A stretch of DNA of 64,000 nt from Candidatus Aminicenantes bacterium (GCA_963843505.1 CAWJKR010000013.1:146350-210349), one strand, 5' to 3'. Shown: positions 1 to 11,583, numbered from the stretch's first letter. Numbers and translations are program-made. Notes: generated by a model not told the origin, from the letters alone.

Positions 1-1196
1 GCCGCGTTCGGATTGTTCAAAGCGATCCGGTTGAGGACCGGGCAGCCCGCGACGTCCGTCGCGGGCATCGTGCCCATGGTGTCGACCCACTCCCTCCCGC
101 GATTGACCTTGAACAACGACCCGAACGAAACGCATCCGCTTTCGATGCCGCATCTCGCCATGTCATTGAACATCGGTTCCGTGCATACGCCGTGCGGCGC
201 CGCCATCACGCGGGAGACGGGCAGCCCGTACCTCTCCTCGAACCTCCCGACCCGTGACAGGGCTTGGGCGATGATCGAGAGCCTCCTCCCGTCATCGGTC
301 TCGGTGCCGAGCTCGTTGGCCACGTGGTTATTCCCATGGATGAGGAGGGAGAGGCGCTCAGGCGCGCTCCGGAAGAGCTCGAGGGCGTCCCTGTTCGCGT
401 AATAGAGATCGAGAGGGACCGTCGCGAAGGCCGCGTGGTAATCGTGCAGGCGGGCATGCCGGACCATTTGCCTGAAATCCACGAACCCGTATTTCGCGGC
501 ATGAAGGTTGGGATCGTCAAATAAGATGCATGCGGCCTGGCGGGGACGGGAATACGCGCTCATCCCGGTGATACGACGCAGGAAGTCGATCAGAGGCAGC
601 ATCTCAATGAAACACCCTCCGTTGAGCCACTTGAACAACGGCGTCCCATCGGGGATCGCGGGCAACATCGTTCCGACGTCGTAGTGAAGATGACCGTGGG
701 CACGGCCGATGGCCCAGGTGCATACGCCTCCGATGGACGCGACCGACTCGACACCGGCGTGGCCGTTGACGGGCCCGTAGGGATTGCCCAGGACGTTCTC
801 GACGGTCCTGTTCCGGAATGACCAGGGCGCCAGCATGGAACCGGAGAAGCTTATCCGGGCCCGCGTCACGTCGGTCGAGGGAGAGGGGCCGCCGGACGCG
901 CCCAGGACGTAAGTGTGGCGCCCCAGCGTCATCGGGGGGCGCGATTCGAGGTCCTGGCGATGGACGATGCTCGCATGACAGCCCCGGCCGACAAGACCGC
1001 TCTCTTCGACGAAGCTCACGTCGAAGCACTTTTCAAGGAGGCCAAAAAGACGGGCTTTGGGGACCGATTTAGAGAGGCTGATCTTGAGGACGGTGTCGGT
1101 CGGACTCGAGCTGATCAGGGACGATTCCGCGATCCTCTGATGGCGTTCGCCGGATCTCCCGGCAAAGCGCGATGAAGCGGGCCTTCCAGACGTCAA
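1..1196 (-). CDS. Polysaccharide deacetylase-like protein (DUF2334-type), C-terminus cut by window edge
   Basis: My minus-strand translation gives one open frame from ~1196 to position 1. It is not in the track because no stop lies inside the window. Sequence includes ACILFDDPNLHAAKYGFVDFRQMVRHARLHDYHAAFATVPLDLYYANRDALELFRSAPERLSLLIHGNNHVANELG. A candidate TTG start overlaps the upstream stop (TTGA). Family call is from motif memory only. Confidence 0.45.
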   Translation of the reverse strand, partial: MTSGRPASSRFAGRSGERHQRIAESSLISSSPTDTVLKISLSKSVPKARLFGLLEKCFDVSFVEESGLVGRGCHASIVHRQDLESRPPMTLGRHTYVLGASGGPSPSTDVTRARISFSGSMLAPWSFRNRTVENVLGNPYGPVNGHAGVESVASIGGVCTWAIGRAHGHLHYDVGTMLPAIPDGTPLFKWLNGGCFIEMLPLIDFLRRITGMSAYSRPRQAACILFDDPNLHAAKYGFVDFRQMVRHARLHDYHAAFATVPLDLYYANRDALELFRSAPERLSLLIHGNNHVANELGTETDDGRRLSIIAQALSRVGRFEERYGLPVSRVMAAPHGVCTEPMFNDMARCGIESGCVSFGSLFKVNRGREWVDTMGTMPATDVAGCPVLNRIALNNPNA

Positions 1197-3470
1197 TCGG
1201 CTCGGGTATAGGAATAATATTGCCGGGCGTAATAGCCGTCCTGTTCGACGAGGTCGACGCCGTTCAGGATGACGCCCAGGCATTTCAGCCTGTGCGCGTC
1301 GAGCTTCTGTTTGGCCTGCTTCATCGCCGTTATCGGGGTCTGTCCGCCTCGCGCGACCAGGATGATCGCGTCGGCCATCGGCCCCATGGCGAGAGCGTCC
1401 GAGACGGCCAGCAACGGCGGCGCGTCGAACAGGACGAAATCGTAGCTCCGCTTGAGACAGGCGATGAGCGAGTCCATCTTCTCTGACGTCACGAGCTCGA
1501 TCGGGTTGGCCGGCAGCGCTCCGCTCGTGATCAGGTGCAAATTGGCGATCTCGGTGGGCGTGACGATCTCCTCCAGGCTCGATGTTCGAGCTGAGGTAGC
1601 CGCTCAAGCCCGGCCCGTTGGCGCTGCTCATCCCGAAGATCCTGGCCTGCCGAGGCTTCCGCAGGTCGGAATCCACGATGACGACTCGCTTGTTGGCTTC
1701 CGCCAGGGTGATACCCAGGTTGGAGACGGTGGAGGATTTGCCCTCCTTCGCCAGCGGGCTCGTGAACAGGATGGTCTTGATCCTGCCCGGGCGGGGAGGA
1801 TACGAGCAAAGTCGTTCTGATCGAGCGGTAGCTCTCGGCCTGGATCGATTGGGGCGCGAGCGTGGCGATGAGCTCGATCCTGCCGCCCGGTCCTCTGCCA
1901 TTCGTCCTGCTCGTCGGCTAACCATCGCGGCTCGAGAGGGGCCTCCCGCCTCTTGCTCTTCCGGCGGGTCTTGGCCTCCGGAGCCTCGCTCTTGCTCCTT
2001 AGCATGGACATCAGCTTCGCCAGCTCGGCCTTCGGCCCTGTCTTCCGGGTTTCCTGATCCAAGCCGGGGACGGAGCCCAGCGTGGGGACGCCGATGGCGT
2101 TCGTGACGTCCTTCGACGTCTTGACCGTATGATCCAGGTACTCGAGCCCGAGCGCCAATCCCACTCCTCCGGCCAGCCCCAGGAGGATCCCGATGAGCAC
2201 GTTCTTCCGCTTGTTCGGGGAGGTCGGATTCAGCGGGTAGTCCGCCTTGTCGACGATCCAGACGTTGAGCGCTTCCAATCCCTTGAGCCTCGACGACACG
2301 TCGGTCTCGCTCTGCCGCTTGGACAGGGATTCGAGCAGGGACTTCTTGTTCTCGAGCTCGATCTTCATGCTGTTGTAGATGACCGAATTGCTGTTGGCCT
2401 TATACGCCTCGTTCTTCTGGGCGTCCAGCAGGCGCTGGAGGGACTGTTCTTTGGTGAGGGCGGCCTGGTATTCGCTGTAGGCGATCCTGATCAGGTTCTG
2501 AGTCTCGTTCTTGAGCGCCTCCGTGGCCGCGTCGAGCTGGGATTTCAGCTGCCGCATGGCCGGGAATTCCGGCCTGACCGTGGTCAGGCGGGTGTTGTAG
2601 TCGCGGCTGAGCGTGATGTATTGCTCCCGGAGGGTCTGGATGAGGCTCCCTTCCGGCGCGTTCGGGGAGCTCGCCGAGCGGGGCGGATTGCATCTGGTTG
2701 TAGATATTGTACTTGTTGACCCGATCGAGCTTGGCGGCCGTCAAGGCGCGTGTTGATCTCCCCGATCCTGGCTACCGTCGGCGCCTCGGCCGTGGAGAGC
2801 GGCAGGATGTCTCTTTCCGAGCCGTACTGGTTGAGATCGCTCTCCATCTTGCTGATCTGCGGTCCGGAGCTCGGCGATCTGCGCGTTCAGGAATTCCGTG
2901 GCCTGCTCCGACGCCGAGTACCTCTTCTTGACGACCATCTCGATGTAGCCGTCGAAGAGGGCGTTCAGGACCTCGGCCGCGAGCTTCGGATTGCGGTTGC
3001 TGAAGCGGACATCGACGAGCCGGGACCGCTCATTGGACGAGACCCCCACGTGGTTCAGGAACTTCTGGACGAGGGTTTCCCGAAAGATCGGGTCGGCCGG
3101 ATCGGGCAGCTTCTGCCCCTTTTTCGGCCTCCCCGCGAAGTCATAGTCCTCATAGAGCTTCAGCTTGTCGATCGTGTCGGAGGCCAGCGTCCGGCTCCGC
3201 AGGAGCCGGGCGTGGCTGCCCAAGATTCGTGCCGGCGCCGAGCGTTTGGACGTCCTCGAACGGCAGGATGTTGGGATCGTCCTCGATCCAGACGCTCCCG
3301 TTCGCCGTATAGACCGGGCGTCATCGCGAAGCTGAAGATCGTCGCCGCCGGCGACGGCGGCGCAAGAAGAACGCGGCGATCATCCATTTCCACTTGAGAA
3401 GGACGCGCCAATAATGCTGGACCTGGGCGAGGAGCCCGGCTTGGGATTCTTGAGACGTTTCAGGGGCCAT
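1193..3470 (-). CDS. Wzc/GumC-type polysaccharide co-polymerase fused to BY-tyrosine kinase, frameshifted in this assembly
   Basis: Several fragments join into one protein. ATG at 3470 gives MAPETSQE...WKWMIAAFF (TM1). ORF 2741..3223 has NRNPKLAAEVLNALFDGYIEMVV. The first ~190 aa of 1628..2557 give a coiled coil and TM2 (NVLIGILLGLAGGVGLALGLEYL). My translation of ~1560-1800 gives a Walker-A-like FTSPLAKEGKSSTVSNLGITLA and VVIVDSDLRKP. ORF 1193..1540 has DFVLFDAPPLLAVSDA and a Tyr-rich tail YYARQYYSY. At least 6 frame changes. Confidence 0.8.
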
Positions 3471-3497
3471 GCGGTCTTCCTTTGGATTCCCGTCAGA

Positions 3498-4346
3498 TCA
3501 GGGGACGATGACGACGTCGCCCTCCTCGAGGACGATGTCGGCGACCTTGCCGCTGATCATGCTTCTTCAGGTTCACGTTGATCTTCATCTCTTTTCCGGT
3601 CGCTCCGGTCCTTGCGCTTGATCACGACCTTCGTTTTCTTGGCCCATTCGGTCGGTCCCCCGGCCTGGGCGATGGCCTGGAGAAGCGTGATCTTCTTGGA
3701 GCTCAGGTAGGGGATGACGCCGGGGGTCCGGACCTCGCCGTAGACGAAGACGTTGAGCGTCTGATCGATCGGGATCATGACCACGTCTTTGGGCTGCAGA
3801 GTGATGTTGAGGTCCTGGTTTCCCCCGCTCGTCACGTCATCGAGGCTGACGGCGATCCGCTCCTGCCGGCCGTCCGGCCCCGTCCTGTAGACGTAGAGAT
3901 CGGTCATGGCCTGGGCCGTCAGCCCGCCCGCCTGGGCGATGGCCTGGAGGAGGGTCGTCGGGCCCACGAGCTCATATTGGCCGGGCCTGCCGACGGCCCC
4001 GAGGATGGAGATCTTCTGGTATTCCTTGATGAAGACCGTGACGTGGGCCTCCCCTTGGGTGACTTTCTCTCCCACGATCTTGGCCAGTCTCTGTTCCAGT
4101 TCCTGCGCCGTCAGGCCCGCGACGTCAACTCGACCCAGGAGGGAAAGCGTTATCGAGCCGTCCTCGGCGACGCGGACGGTCTGGTTGAGCTCGGGCAGCT
4201 CGAAGACGGTGATCTCGAGCAGGTCCTTCGGTCCGATCCGATAATCGTTGACCGGGAGGCCCTGCGTTTCCTGGATGGCCCCCAGACCGGGGACGACGAT
4301 GGCGCCCATGAAGAGGGTCGCCGCGAAGGCCAGATGTTATCCGCAT
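3498..4346 (-). CDS. Wza-like periplasmic/OM polysaccharide export protein, frameshifted at both ends
   Basis: ORF 3557..4309 contains DYRIGPKDLLEITVFELPELN and two SLBB-like blocks (ISILGAVGRPGQYEL, VFVYGEVRTPGVIPY). The real C-terminus (MISGKVADIVLEEGDVVIVP*, stop at 3498) and the signal peptide (LAFAATLFMGAIVVPGLGA) lie in other frames. The start is uncertain (4346 or 4367). Confidence 0.8.
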
Positions 4347-4439
4347 CCTAAGAGAGAAGGCTTTCATAGGCATCTCCCTCGATCGTAACTCGATCATTAT
4401 ATATGGCTTCAGTCGGACAGTCCATACGGAGGATGCGGG

Positions 4440-5747
4440 CTATCGGACCAACTCGCCCAGCAACGACGGCATTCCGCTGCCCGGAAAGCCGTAGGTCAGG
4501 CCGAGACCGACGAAATACCGGTCGCGTGTGATCTCGCCGCCGTCCCGAGCCCGCCGGCCGAATGTGCCCATCAAGACGACGCCGAGATGACGGGCCAGCC
4601 TGAGGTTCAGGCTGACCGCGTGGGCCACGAAGCGATCGCCTCGACCCTGGATATCCCCGTCCCGGGGATAGACGGCGCGCCCGAGGGACACGTCGTAGGA
4701 GAGGACGGCCTTCCGCGACAGGAGCTGCGACAGGCCGGCCCGGTAGGTGGTCGCGAGGTAATATGTGGCGCCGGAGAAGATCGGAGAACTGAAAACCTCT
4801 CGAAAAGAAGAGCTGCAGCGACGTCCGATTCGTCAGATCGGCCGCGACATTGGCTTCGCCGGCGAACCCGGACCCGTCCCTCAGTCCGGGGTCCACAAGA
4901 TCCAGGCGAGTGTATCCCAGCTTGAAACCGCCGCGGAGCCCCGAGCCAATGGGCGTCTCTCCCACGCCGGGAATGAATTCAGCGCCCCCGAAGATCCCGT
5001 AGCTCTTGGCGTCCCGGACGCCGGATGTCGCCCCCGTGAACGCGAACAGGCCGTATTGGCCGTCCAGGAGAAGCCGTGTTCCGGGCCCAGGCTGGATGTA
5101 AGCGATCACGTCGACATGATCCTCGTTCCGGTTGAGCATCTCCGAGAGATTCGAATCGAGGTATTCGGCGTCCCCATAGTCGTACTTGGACCTCTCGTAG
5201 AGGATCGCCAGCGAGGCGGTCTTCGAGGCTTGCCAGAGGAACGTGCCATCCGCGCTGTCCCTTTTTTCGCGGACATTGATATCAAGCTCGGGGCTGAACC
5301 GCCTCCGGACGTCGGACATCCCGCCGCCCGCCTGGAGATATACCCTCTCCAGCGCGACATGGACCTGTCCCCTGAACGTGTTGTTGACGCACCGTTCCCC
5401 TTTTGTATCGAGATAGAACACATACTGCGGCGATGTCCACGAGGTCCAGCACGACGTTCTTGCTGAGAGGCAGAAGGATCTGCACCGGGGCTCCGGCAGC
5501 GAACGTCCAATCGGGGACGGGATCGCCGAAGTAGCCATAGAAGACGTCGGAGTCGTAGCCGGAACTGGCCAAGGTGAATGCCGCGTTGGCCCGGAGCACG
5601 CCGATCCGCCAGCGGGCTCCATCGAGCATCCGCGTCAGCGCGGCGCCTGGCCACGTCAGGCCTTGGCCGTGGGCCGTCCCGGCCGTGCCGATGAGCCAGG
5701 CCGTCAATGCAAGACCCGCCGACCGCGAGGAATCTCTTTCCGTTCAT
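4440..5747 (-). CDS. Putative outer-membrane beta-barrel (porin-like) protein of EPS loci, frameshifted
   Basis: Fragments 5106..5747 (MNGKRFLAVGG), 5282..5707, the middle of 4348..5622 and 4440..4691 join into a ~430-aa protein. It has a signal peptide (LTAWLIGTAGTAHG), an alternating strand pattern and a terminal FVGLGLTYGF strand. At least 3 frame changes. Family assigned from pattern only. Confidence 0.5.
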
Positions 5748-5786
5748 GGGTTCGTTTTCAATGACCCGCCGCCCAACGGCCTGCCG

Positions 5787-7196
5787 TCAATAGGCCCCGA
5801 TCCCGAACAGGACGACGGGCACGGTCTTCAGGAGGATCTTGGCGTCGAGCCAGAGCGACCAGTTGTCGAGATACTCGAGATCGAGCTTCATCCAATCCTC
5901 GAAGGCGATGTTGTTCCGGCCGTTGACCTGCCAGAGGCAGGTGATGCCGGGCTTCATCGAGAAGCGGCGCCTCTGCCAGTCCTTGTACTTCTCGACCTCG
6001 TCGGGGACCGTCGGCCGGGGGCCGACGATGCTCATGTGGCCGACGAAGACGTTGAACAGCTGGGGCAGCTCGTCGATGCTGAATTTCCTCATGAATCGGC
6101 CGACGGGCGTGATCCATTGCGTCTTCTTCTCCCGGAATTCCGGCGTGGTCATCGATTGGAGGTCGGTGACGTCGGACAGGACGTCGTGGGCGCCCTGGCG
6201 CATCGTCCGGAACTTGTAGAGCGTGAACCTCCGGCCGGCGAGGCCCAGCCGGTTCTGCTTGAAGAAGACGGGCCCCTTCGAGGTCGTCTTGATGAGGACG
6301 GCCATGATGAGAAAGAGCGGGGACAGGACGAGGATCCCCAGCCCGGAGGCCGCGAAATCGAAGAGCCGCTTGATGAGAAGCTCCCACTCCTTGGCGTGGG
6401 TCGTCTTGAAGTGGAGCAAGGGCAGGCCGTCGAGCTCGGCGACCGAAGATCTGGCCAGCTTCGTGTCGAAGAGGTCGACGGCGACGGTCACCACGACCCC
6501 TTCGGTCTCGCAGTCTTCGATCGCGCCCTGGAGGGAGTTCAGGCGCGACCGGGGAACGACGAAGACGACCTCGTCGACGGCGTCCCGGTGGAAGATCCTG
6601 GGGATGTCCTCGAGCGTGCCGATGACGTCCAGCCGGCCGACCCGGGTGGACGCCGCGGCCGGGCTCGTCGTCGATGGCCCCGAGGACCTCGAATCCCCAC
6701 TCGGGATGCTTGTCGGCCTTCTTGACGAACTCGACGGCCCGCTTGCCCGTCCCGACGACGAGCAGGCGGCGCGTGTTGAGCCCCTGGCGGCGGACGTAGT
6801 GCGAGCTCATGAAGATGGCCGTCTTCTCGAGCCAGATGAACAGGAAGCTCAAGCCCATGAAGAGCATGAAGAAGAGCCGGCTCATGAATTGGAGCTTGAA
6901 GAGGAAGATGAACGTCCCGAGCAGCAGGAACGTCACCACGGCGGCCTTGATCACCGCCCAGAGGATCTCGAGATAGGAGCGGGTCCTCATGGACTGATAC
7001 ATGCCGTTCGCGTAGAGCGCCAGGCACCAATAGGGAATGGCGAAGGCGAGGGCATGCCAGAATTTCAGGAGGGGGACGGGGGGCTGGCTGAGAAGGTTAT
7101 TGAACGAGATAGGCGAAGAGGTAGGCCAGGACGAGGACGCAGGCATCGACAGAAGATCAGGAACCTGCGGAGAACGGCTTCCCTCTCCTTGAACAT
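5787..7196 (-). CDS. Polyprenyl-phosphate sugar phosphotransferase (WcaJ/EpsL-type initiating transferase), frameshifted
   Basis: ORF 5787..6494 carries the bacterial sugar-transferase domain (LIKRLFDFAASGLGILVLSPLFLIMAVLIKTTSKGPVFFKQNRLGLAGRRFTLYKFRTM, DELPQLFNVFVGHMSIVGPRP). The N-terminal TM region is in 5758..7146 (LLKFWHALAFAIPYWCLALYANGMY). ATG at 7196 gives MFKEREAVLRRFLIF. At least 3 frame changes. Confidence 0.85.
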
Positions 7197-7234
7197 CGCT
7201 TCAAACCCCTCTGTCTCAAAAGCTCCCCGATTAT

Positions 7235-7715
7235 CTACTTTTTTTCGATCTTGCGCAAGACCTTGGCCGGGTTTCCGGCCACGATCGTCCAGGGGGGGAC
7301 GTCCTTGGTCACGACGGATCCGGCCCCGACGATGGCCCCCTCGCCGACGGTCACGCCGGCCAGGATCGTCGCGCTCGAGCCGACCGAGGCGCCCTTCCTG
7401 ATGAAGGTCGGGACGACCTTCCAGTCGGCTTCGGTCTGGAGCCCGCCGCCCTCGGCGGTCGAGCGCGGATACATGTCGTTGATAAAGGTGACGTTATGGC
7501 CGATGAAGACATCGTCCTCGACGGTCACGCCCTCGCAGATGAAGGTGTGCGAGGAGATCTTGCAGTTCTTGCCGATGAAGGCGTTCTTCTGGATCTCGAC
7601 GAACGTCCCGACCTTGGTGTCGTCGCCGATCGTGCAGCCGTAGAGGTTGACGAAGGCGAAGATCTTGACGTCCTTCCCCAGCTTGACGTCGGGCGATGAC
7701 TCTGCAGAATTCCAT
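7235..7715 (-). CDS. Left-handed beta-helix (hexapeptide) N-acetyltransferase, WbpD/WlbB-like
   Basis: The tail of ORF 7235..8746 reads DVKLGKDVKIFAFVNLYGCTIGDDTKVGTFVEIQKNAFIGKNCKISSHTFICEGVTVEDDVFIGHNVTFINDMYPR...GAIVGAGSVVTKDVPPWTIVAGNPAKV. The ATG at 7715 is one base out of frame with the body. Confidence 0.8.
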
Positions 7716-7725
7716 GGGTGCTCCT

Positions 7726-8746
7726 TTACAGCTCGATCCTCTTGCCGCCGTGCTTGAGGGATTCGTCCGCGGCCTCGAGGAGGCGGACGACCTGGAGCCC
7801 GGCCTGACCGTTGTTGAAGGGCTCCTGGCCCTTCTCGACGCATTCGACGAAATACTGGGCCTCGGCCTTGAGGGCCTCGGTCGCCTCGAGCTTGGGGATG
7901 TGGACGTCGCCGGACCGGTAGCTGACGAGAAGCTCGTGGATCCCGTCCTTGCCCCCGTTGGCGCTCTTGACGTCGACGCCCCGGTCGTAGATCTTGACCT
8001 TCTCGTCGGCGTCGAGGTCGTCCCAGACGAGCATCTTCTTGTCGCCGCTGATCAGGGTCTTGCGGATCTTGACCGGGCTGAGCCAGTTGACGTGGAAGTG
8101 GGCGATGAAGCCGTTGCCCTCGAACTCGACGGAGACGTAGGCGATGTCCTCGTAACCGTCCCTCGAAATGGACGGAGCCGTGGGCCGCCAAGGCCACCGG
8201 CTTCTTGTCGATGACGTGGGCCATGATGGACAGATCGTGGGGCGCCAGGTCCCAGATGACGTTGACGTCGTGCTGGAAGAGCCCCAGGTTGACCCGGACC
8301 GAGTCGTAGAAGAGGAGCTTGCCCAGCTCGCCCGAGTCGATGACCTGCTTGATCTTCTTGACGGCGCCGGTGAAGAGGAAGGTGTGGTCGACCATGATCC
8401 TGAGGTTCTTCTCGGCGGCGAGGTCGATGAGCTCCCGGGCCTGGGCGCTCGTCGAGGTGAACGGCTTCTCGACGAAGATGTGCTTTCCCGCGAGGAGCGC
8501 CGCCTTGGCCATCTCGTAATGGGCGAAGACCGGCGTGACGATGGCCACGGCGTCGACGTCCGTGGACCGGATGAGGTCCAGAGGGTCTTTCAGTCCCTTG
8601 ATGAAGGGAAACTGGTTCTGGGCCAGGGCCAGGCGCTTCTCGGAGATGTCGCTGACCGCGACGAGCTTGGCCCCGGTCGCGGCGTGGAAATTCCGGGCCA
8701 CGTTGGGCCCCCAATAGCCGTATCCGACGACACCGATATTAAGCAT
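7726..8746 (-). CDS. Gfo/Idh/MocA oxidoreductase, WbpB/WlbA-like sugar-nucleotide 3-dehydrogenase, frameshifted
   Basis: N-terminus MLNIGVVGYGYWGPNVARNF...HIFVEKPFTSTSAQARELIDLA (Rossmann fold). C-terminus in ORF 7726..8034 (LVSYRSGDVHIPKLEATEALKAEAQYFVECVEKGQEP). Frame changes near 8160 and 8035. Confidence 0.8.
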
Positions 8747-8852
8747 GATGCCCGCTCCCTTTTTTCAGGCCGATTCCCCCACCGCCGCCTCTTGGCGAAA
8801 GACTGACAGTGGAATGAATATTACTCACACATCTTCATACCAAGCAATCGGC

Positions 8853-9963
8853 CTATCCCTTGTAGAATTCCCTGATGGACTCAGCGACATAGGCGATCTG
8901 TTCGTCCGCGAGCTCCGGGTACATCGGCAGCGACAGGATCTCGTCCTGGCAGGCGTAGGCGACAGGGAAATCCGACGGGTTTGTGCCCCAGATAGCGGTA
9001 GGCGGGCATCAGGGGAAGGGCCGTCGGGTAATGGATGCCCGTGAAGATCCCCTTTGTCTTGAGGAAGGCGGCCAGATCGTCCCTGCGCTCGGCCCGGATG
9101 ACATAGAGGTGGAAGATGTGGAACGTGTCCGGGCCGGAGCTTCGGGCACTGGATCTGGTCGACGCCGCTCGAGGAGCTCGTTGTACTTCAGGGCGTGGCC
9201 GTTCCGGGCCTTGTTCCAGTCGTCGATATGCCCGAGCTTGACCTGAAGCACCGCCGCCTGGATGGCGTCGAGGCGGCTGTTGATGCCTTCGATCTCGTGG
9301 ATGTACTTCTGAAGGGAGCCGTGGCTGGCGAACAGGCGCGCGTTCCGGGCGAATTCGTCGTCGTCCGTGATGATGGCCCCGCCGTCCCCGTAGGCGCCGA
9401 GGTTCTTCCCGGGATAGAAGCTGAAGGTCCCGGCGATCCCGAAGGTCCCGGTCTTCTTGCCCTGCGCACGTGGCGAAATGGGACTGGGCGCAGTCCTCGA
9501 TGAGGAGGAGGCCTGCGCCTGTCGCAGATCTCCTTGACGGCCTCGATGTCCACCGGCTGGCCGAAGAGGTGGACCGGGATGATGGCCTTGGTCTTCGCCG
9601 GTGATCTTCGCTTCGATGCTGGGCCGGATCGATGTGGAAATATTCGTCGATGTCGACGAAGACGGGCCGGGCGCCCGTCTGGCTGATCGTCTCGGACGTG
9701 GCGATGAAGCTGTTGGCGACGGTGATGACCTCGTCGCCGGGACCGATGCCCAGGGCCTTGAGGGTGATGTAGATGGCATCCGTCCCGTTGGCGCAGCTGA
9801 CGCAGTGCTTGACGCCGAACTTCTCGGCGAAGGCCTTCTCGAACCCGTCGACGTACTTGCCGCCGACGAAGGCCGTCTCGCTGATGACCGACTGGATGGC
9901 GGGATCGATCTCGGACTTGATGGACTGGTACTGGGCTTTGAGGTCAACGAACGGTACGTTCAT
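8853..9963 (-). CDS. DegT/DnrJ/EryC1-family PLP aminotransferase, WbpE/WlbC-like, frameshifted
   Basis: MNVPFVDLKAQYQSIKSEIDPAIQSVISETAFVGGKYVDGFEKAFAEKFGVKHCVSCANGTDAIYITLKALGIGPGDEVITVANSFIATSE. My translation gives the true end VAYACQDEILSLPMYPELADEQIAYVAESIREFYKG* with the stop at 8853. RBS AAGGAG lies 8 nt before the ATG. Several frame changes. Confidence 0.85.
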
Positions 9964-10132
9964 GACGAATAATGACTCCTTATGTTGAATATGAATAATT
10001 CCGCCTTATCGTAAGCAAGATTCATGCCATGACTGAGGCAGCTCGGGACCAGACATGCGCACTTCGATTTGCATTCCGCAACCATCCTAAGGCTCGGCCT
10101 CCCCCTTGGATATCACCTCGGGGGGGGATTTC

Positions 10133-10177
10133 AGGGGTGAGAAAACGAAGCCCTTTCTCACCCCTAGAGGTGAGGGG
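10133..10177. repeat. Perfect 12-bp hairpin plus 20-nt motif shared with 12672-12691
   Basis: AGGGGTGAGAAA (10133-10144) pairs with TTTCTCACCCCT (10154-10165). TCTCACCCCTAGAGGTGAGG (10156-10175) is identical to 12672-12691. The GGTGAG arm occurs three times, allowing alternative pairings. Confidence 0.6.
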
Positions 10178-10197
10178 ACGGCCGGGACCCCGCGCTT

Positions 10198-11571
10198 TCA
10201 AGCCGAGGGCTGCGGGGCCAGATCGGCCTCCTCACCCGGCTTGGCCCGGATGACGATGGAAGTTAGGAGGAAGAGCAGCCAGAGCAGGGCCGAGGGCTTC
10301 CCGTAGCTCGATTCCGAGAAATTGTGGAAGAAGATCATCATGAACAGGACCGCCTTGAGCTTGCTGAACTCCGGGTCGCCGTCGAACGAATGGATGATGT
10401 TCTTGAAGGTCTGGACCAGGAGGAGGAAGAGGAGGAGCAGGCCGATGATCCCCAGATCCAAAAAGACCTCGATATAGCCATTGTGGGCCGTCGTCGGCGT
10501 CCAGTTGACCCGGCTCCAAAGCTCCGAGAGACGCGCCGGGTTGAGCCAGAAGGCCGCGAAGCCGCTTCCGAGGATGGGAGTCCGGCTCCCCATCTGGATC
10601 AGTTCCCGCCAGAGAGGGATCCTCCCCGTCAACGAGGCGTCCTTTCCGGCGGCCGCGAAGACTCCCGGCGCGATCGAACGTCCGATGAAGGAAACGGCCA
10701 GGACCTGAACGACGAGAAGAACGCACAGCCCGACAATGATGGCGCGGTTGAGCTTCCGGAAATCCCACTTCATCAAGGATTGGGCTATGAGGAGGGCGGT
10801 GCCGAGGAGGAACACGATGATGGAAGTCGTGCTTTTTGCGCCGCGCAGGAGGTAGGCGGTCAGGGCCAGGAGGCCGACATCCAGAAGATCCACTTTGGGC
10901 CATTTCTCCAGATTCCGCCAGACGAGGACGATCCCCATGAAGGCGCAGAGGAACCCGAGCGAGTTCTTGTGGCCGGCCACGCCCACCCACATCTGGGTCC
11001 CATAGACCGTATAGATCCTCCCCATTTCGGGATAGAACTTGGCCAACAGGGCGGATAGGGGCAGAAAGAGGATCGCCATCCGGCGCATGATCCTGTAGAC
11101 CTTTTCCCCCGCCTGTGACTCCGTCAGGATCAGCAGGATCATGGTCGCGTCCCCGATGAACCGGATCCACTTCTTGAAGATGACGCCCGGGTAGTCCGAC
11201 CAGACGATGCTGACGAGGCAGTAGGCGAAGAACGCGATCAGCCATCCGTTGTCCGCGAGCTTCAACCGAAATCTCCCTCGGCGGCCTATCAAGGCGATCA
11301 GTCCTAGGACCATTAGGATAAAGACGATATTCCGGTCCAGGGAATCGCCCTGGATGATCTCGATGCTGTGCTGCTGTTCCCAGGCGATCCTCTGGCTGAA
11401 GCCCACGAACAGACGGGGATGCACCCAATAGATGACCGGCCTTGAAGCGATGATGGCGATCCAGGCGAAGGAGATCCACATGCCTCCGGAGAAACGCTGG
11501 CCCTGGCGCAGATCCAGCCTGAGGGCGTAGACGATGAAGGCAACGGTCAAGAGTAGCGCGAGTTGGGCCAA
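10198..11571 (-). CDS. O-antigen polymerase/ligase-family membrane protein (Wzy-like)
   Basis: Intact 457-aa ORF with about 10-12 hydrophobic helices and a large loop. Typical Wzy/O-antigen-ligase block: GHKNSLGFLCAFMGIVLV...TTAHNGYIEVFLDLGIIGLLLLFLLL. Confidence 0.8.
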   Translation of the reverse strand: MAQLALLLTVAFIVYALRLDLRQGQRFSGGMWISFAWIAIIASRPVIYWVHPRLFVGFSQRIAWEQQHSIEIIQGDSLDRNIVFILMVLGLIALIGRRGRFRLKLADNGWLIAFFAYCLVSIVWSDYPGVIFKKWIRFIGDATMILLILTESQAGEKVYRIMRRMAILFLPLSALLAKFYPEMGRIYTVYGTQMWVGVAGHKNSLGFLCAFMGIVLVWRNLEKWPKVDLLDVGLLALTAYLLRGAKSTTSIIVFLLGTALLIAQSLMKWDFRKLNRAIIVGLCVLLVVQVLAVSFIGRSIAPGVFAAAGKDASLTGRIPLWRELIQMGSRTPILGSGFAAFWLNPARLSELWSRVNWTPTTAHNGYIEVFLDLGIIGLLLLFLLLVQTFKNIIHSFDGDPEFSKLKAVLFMMIFFHNFSESSYGKPSALLWLLFLLTSIVIRAKPGEEADLAPQPSA

Positions 11572-11583
11572 CGGGCCTCCTGC

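Noticed and set aside
4348-5747. ORFs 4348..5622, 5106..5747, 5282..5707 and 4440..4691 as four separate overlapping genes
   Set aside because: Only one segment of each is protein-like, and the segments abut to form a single beta-barrel protein. The remaining parts are Arg/Pro-rich out-of-frame read-through.
10133-10165. The 12-bp hairpin as an intrinsic terminator for the wzy-like gene
   Set aside because: On the transcribed (minus) strand the stem is followed by GAAATCCCCCCC, not a U tract.
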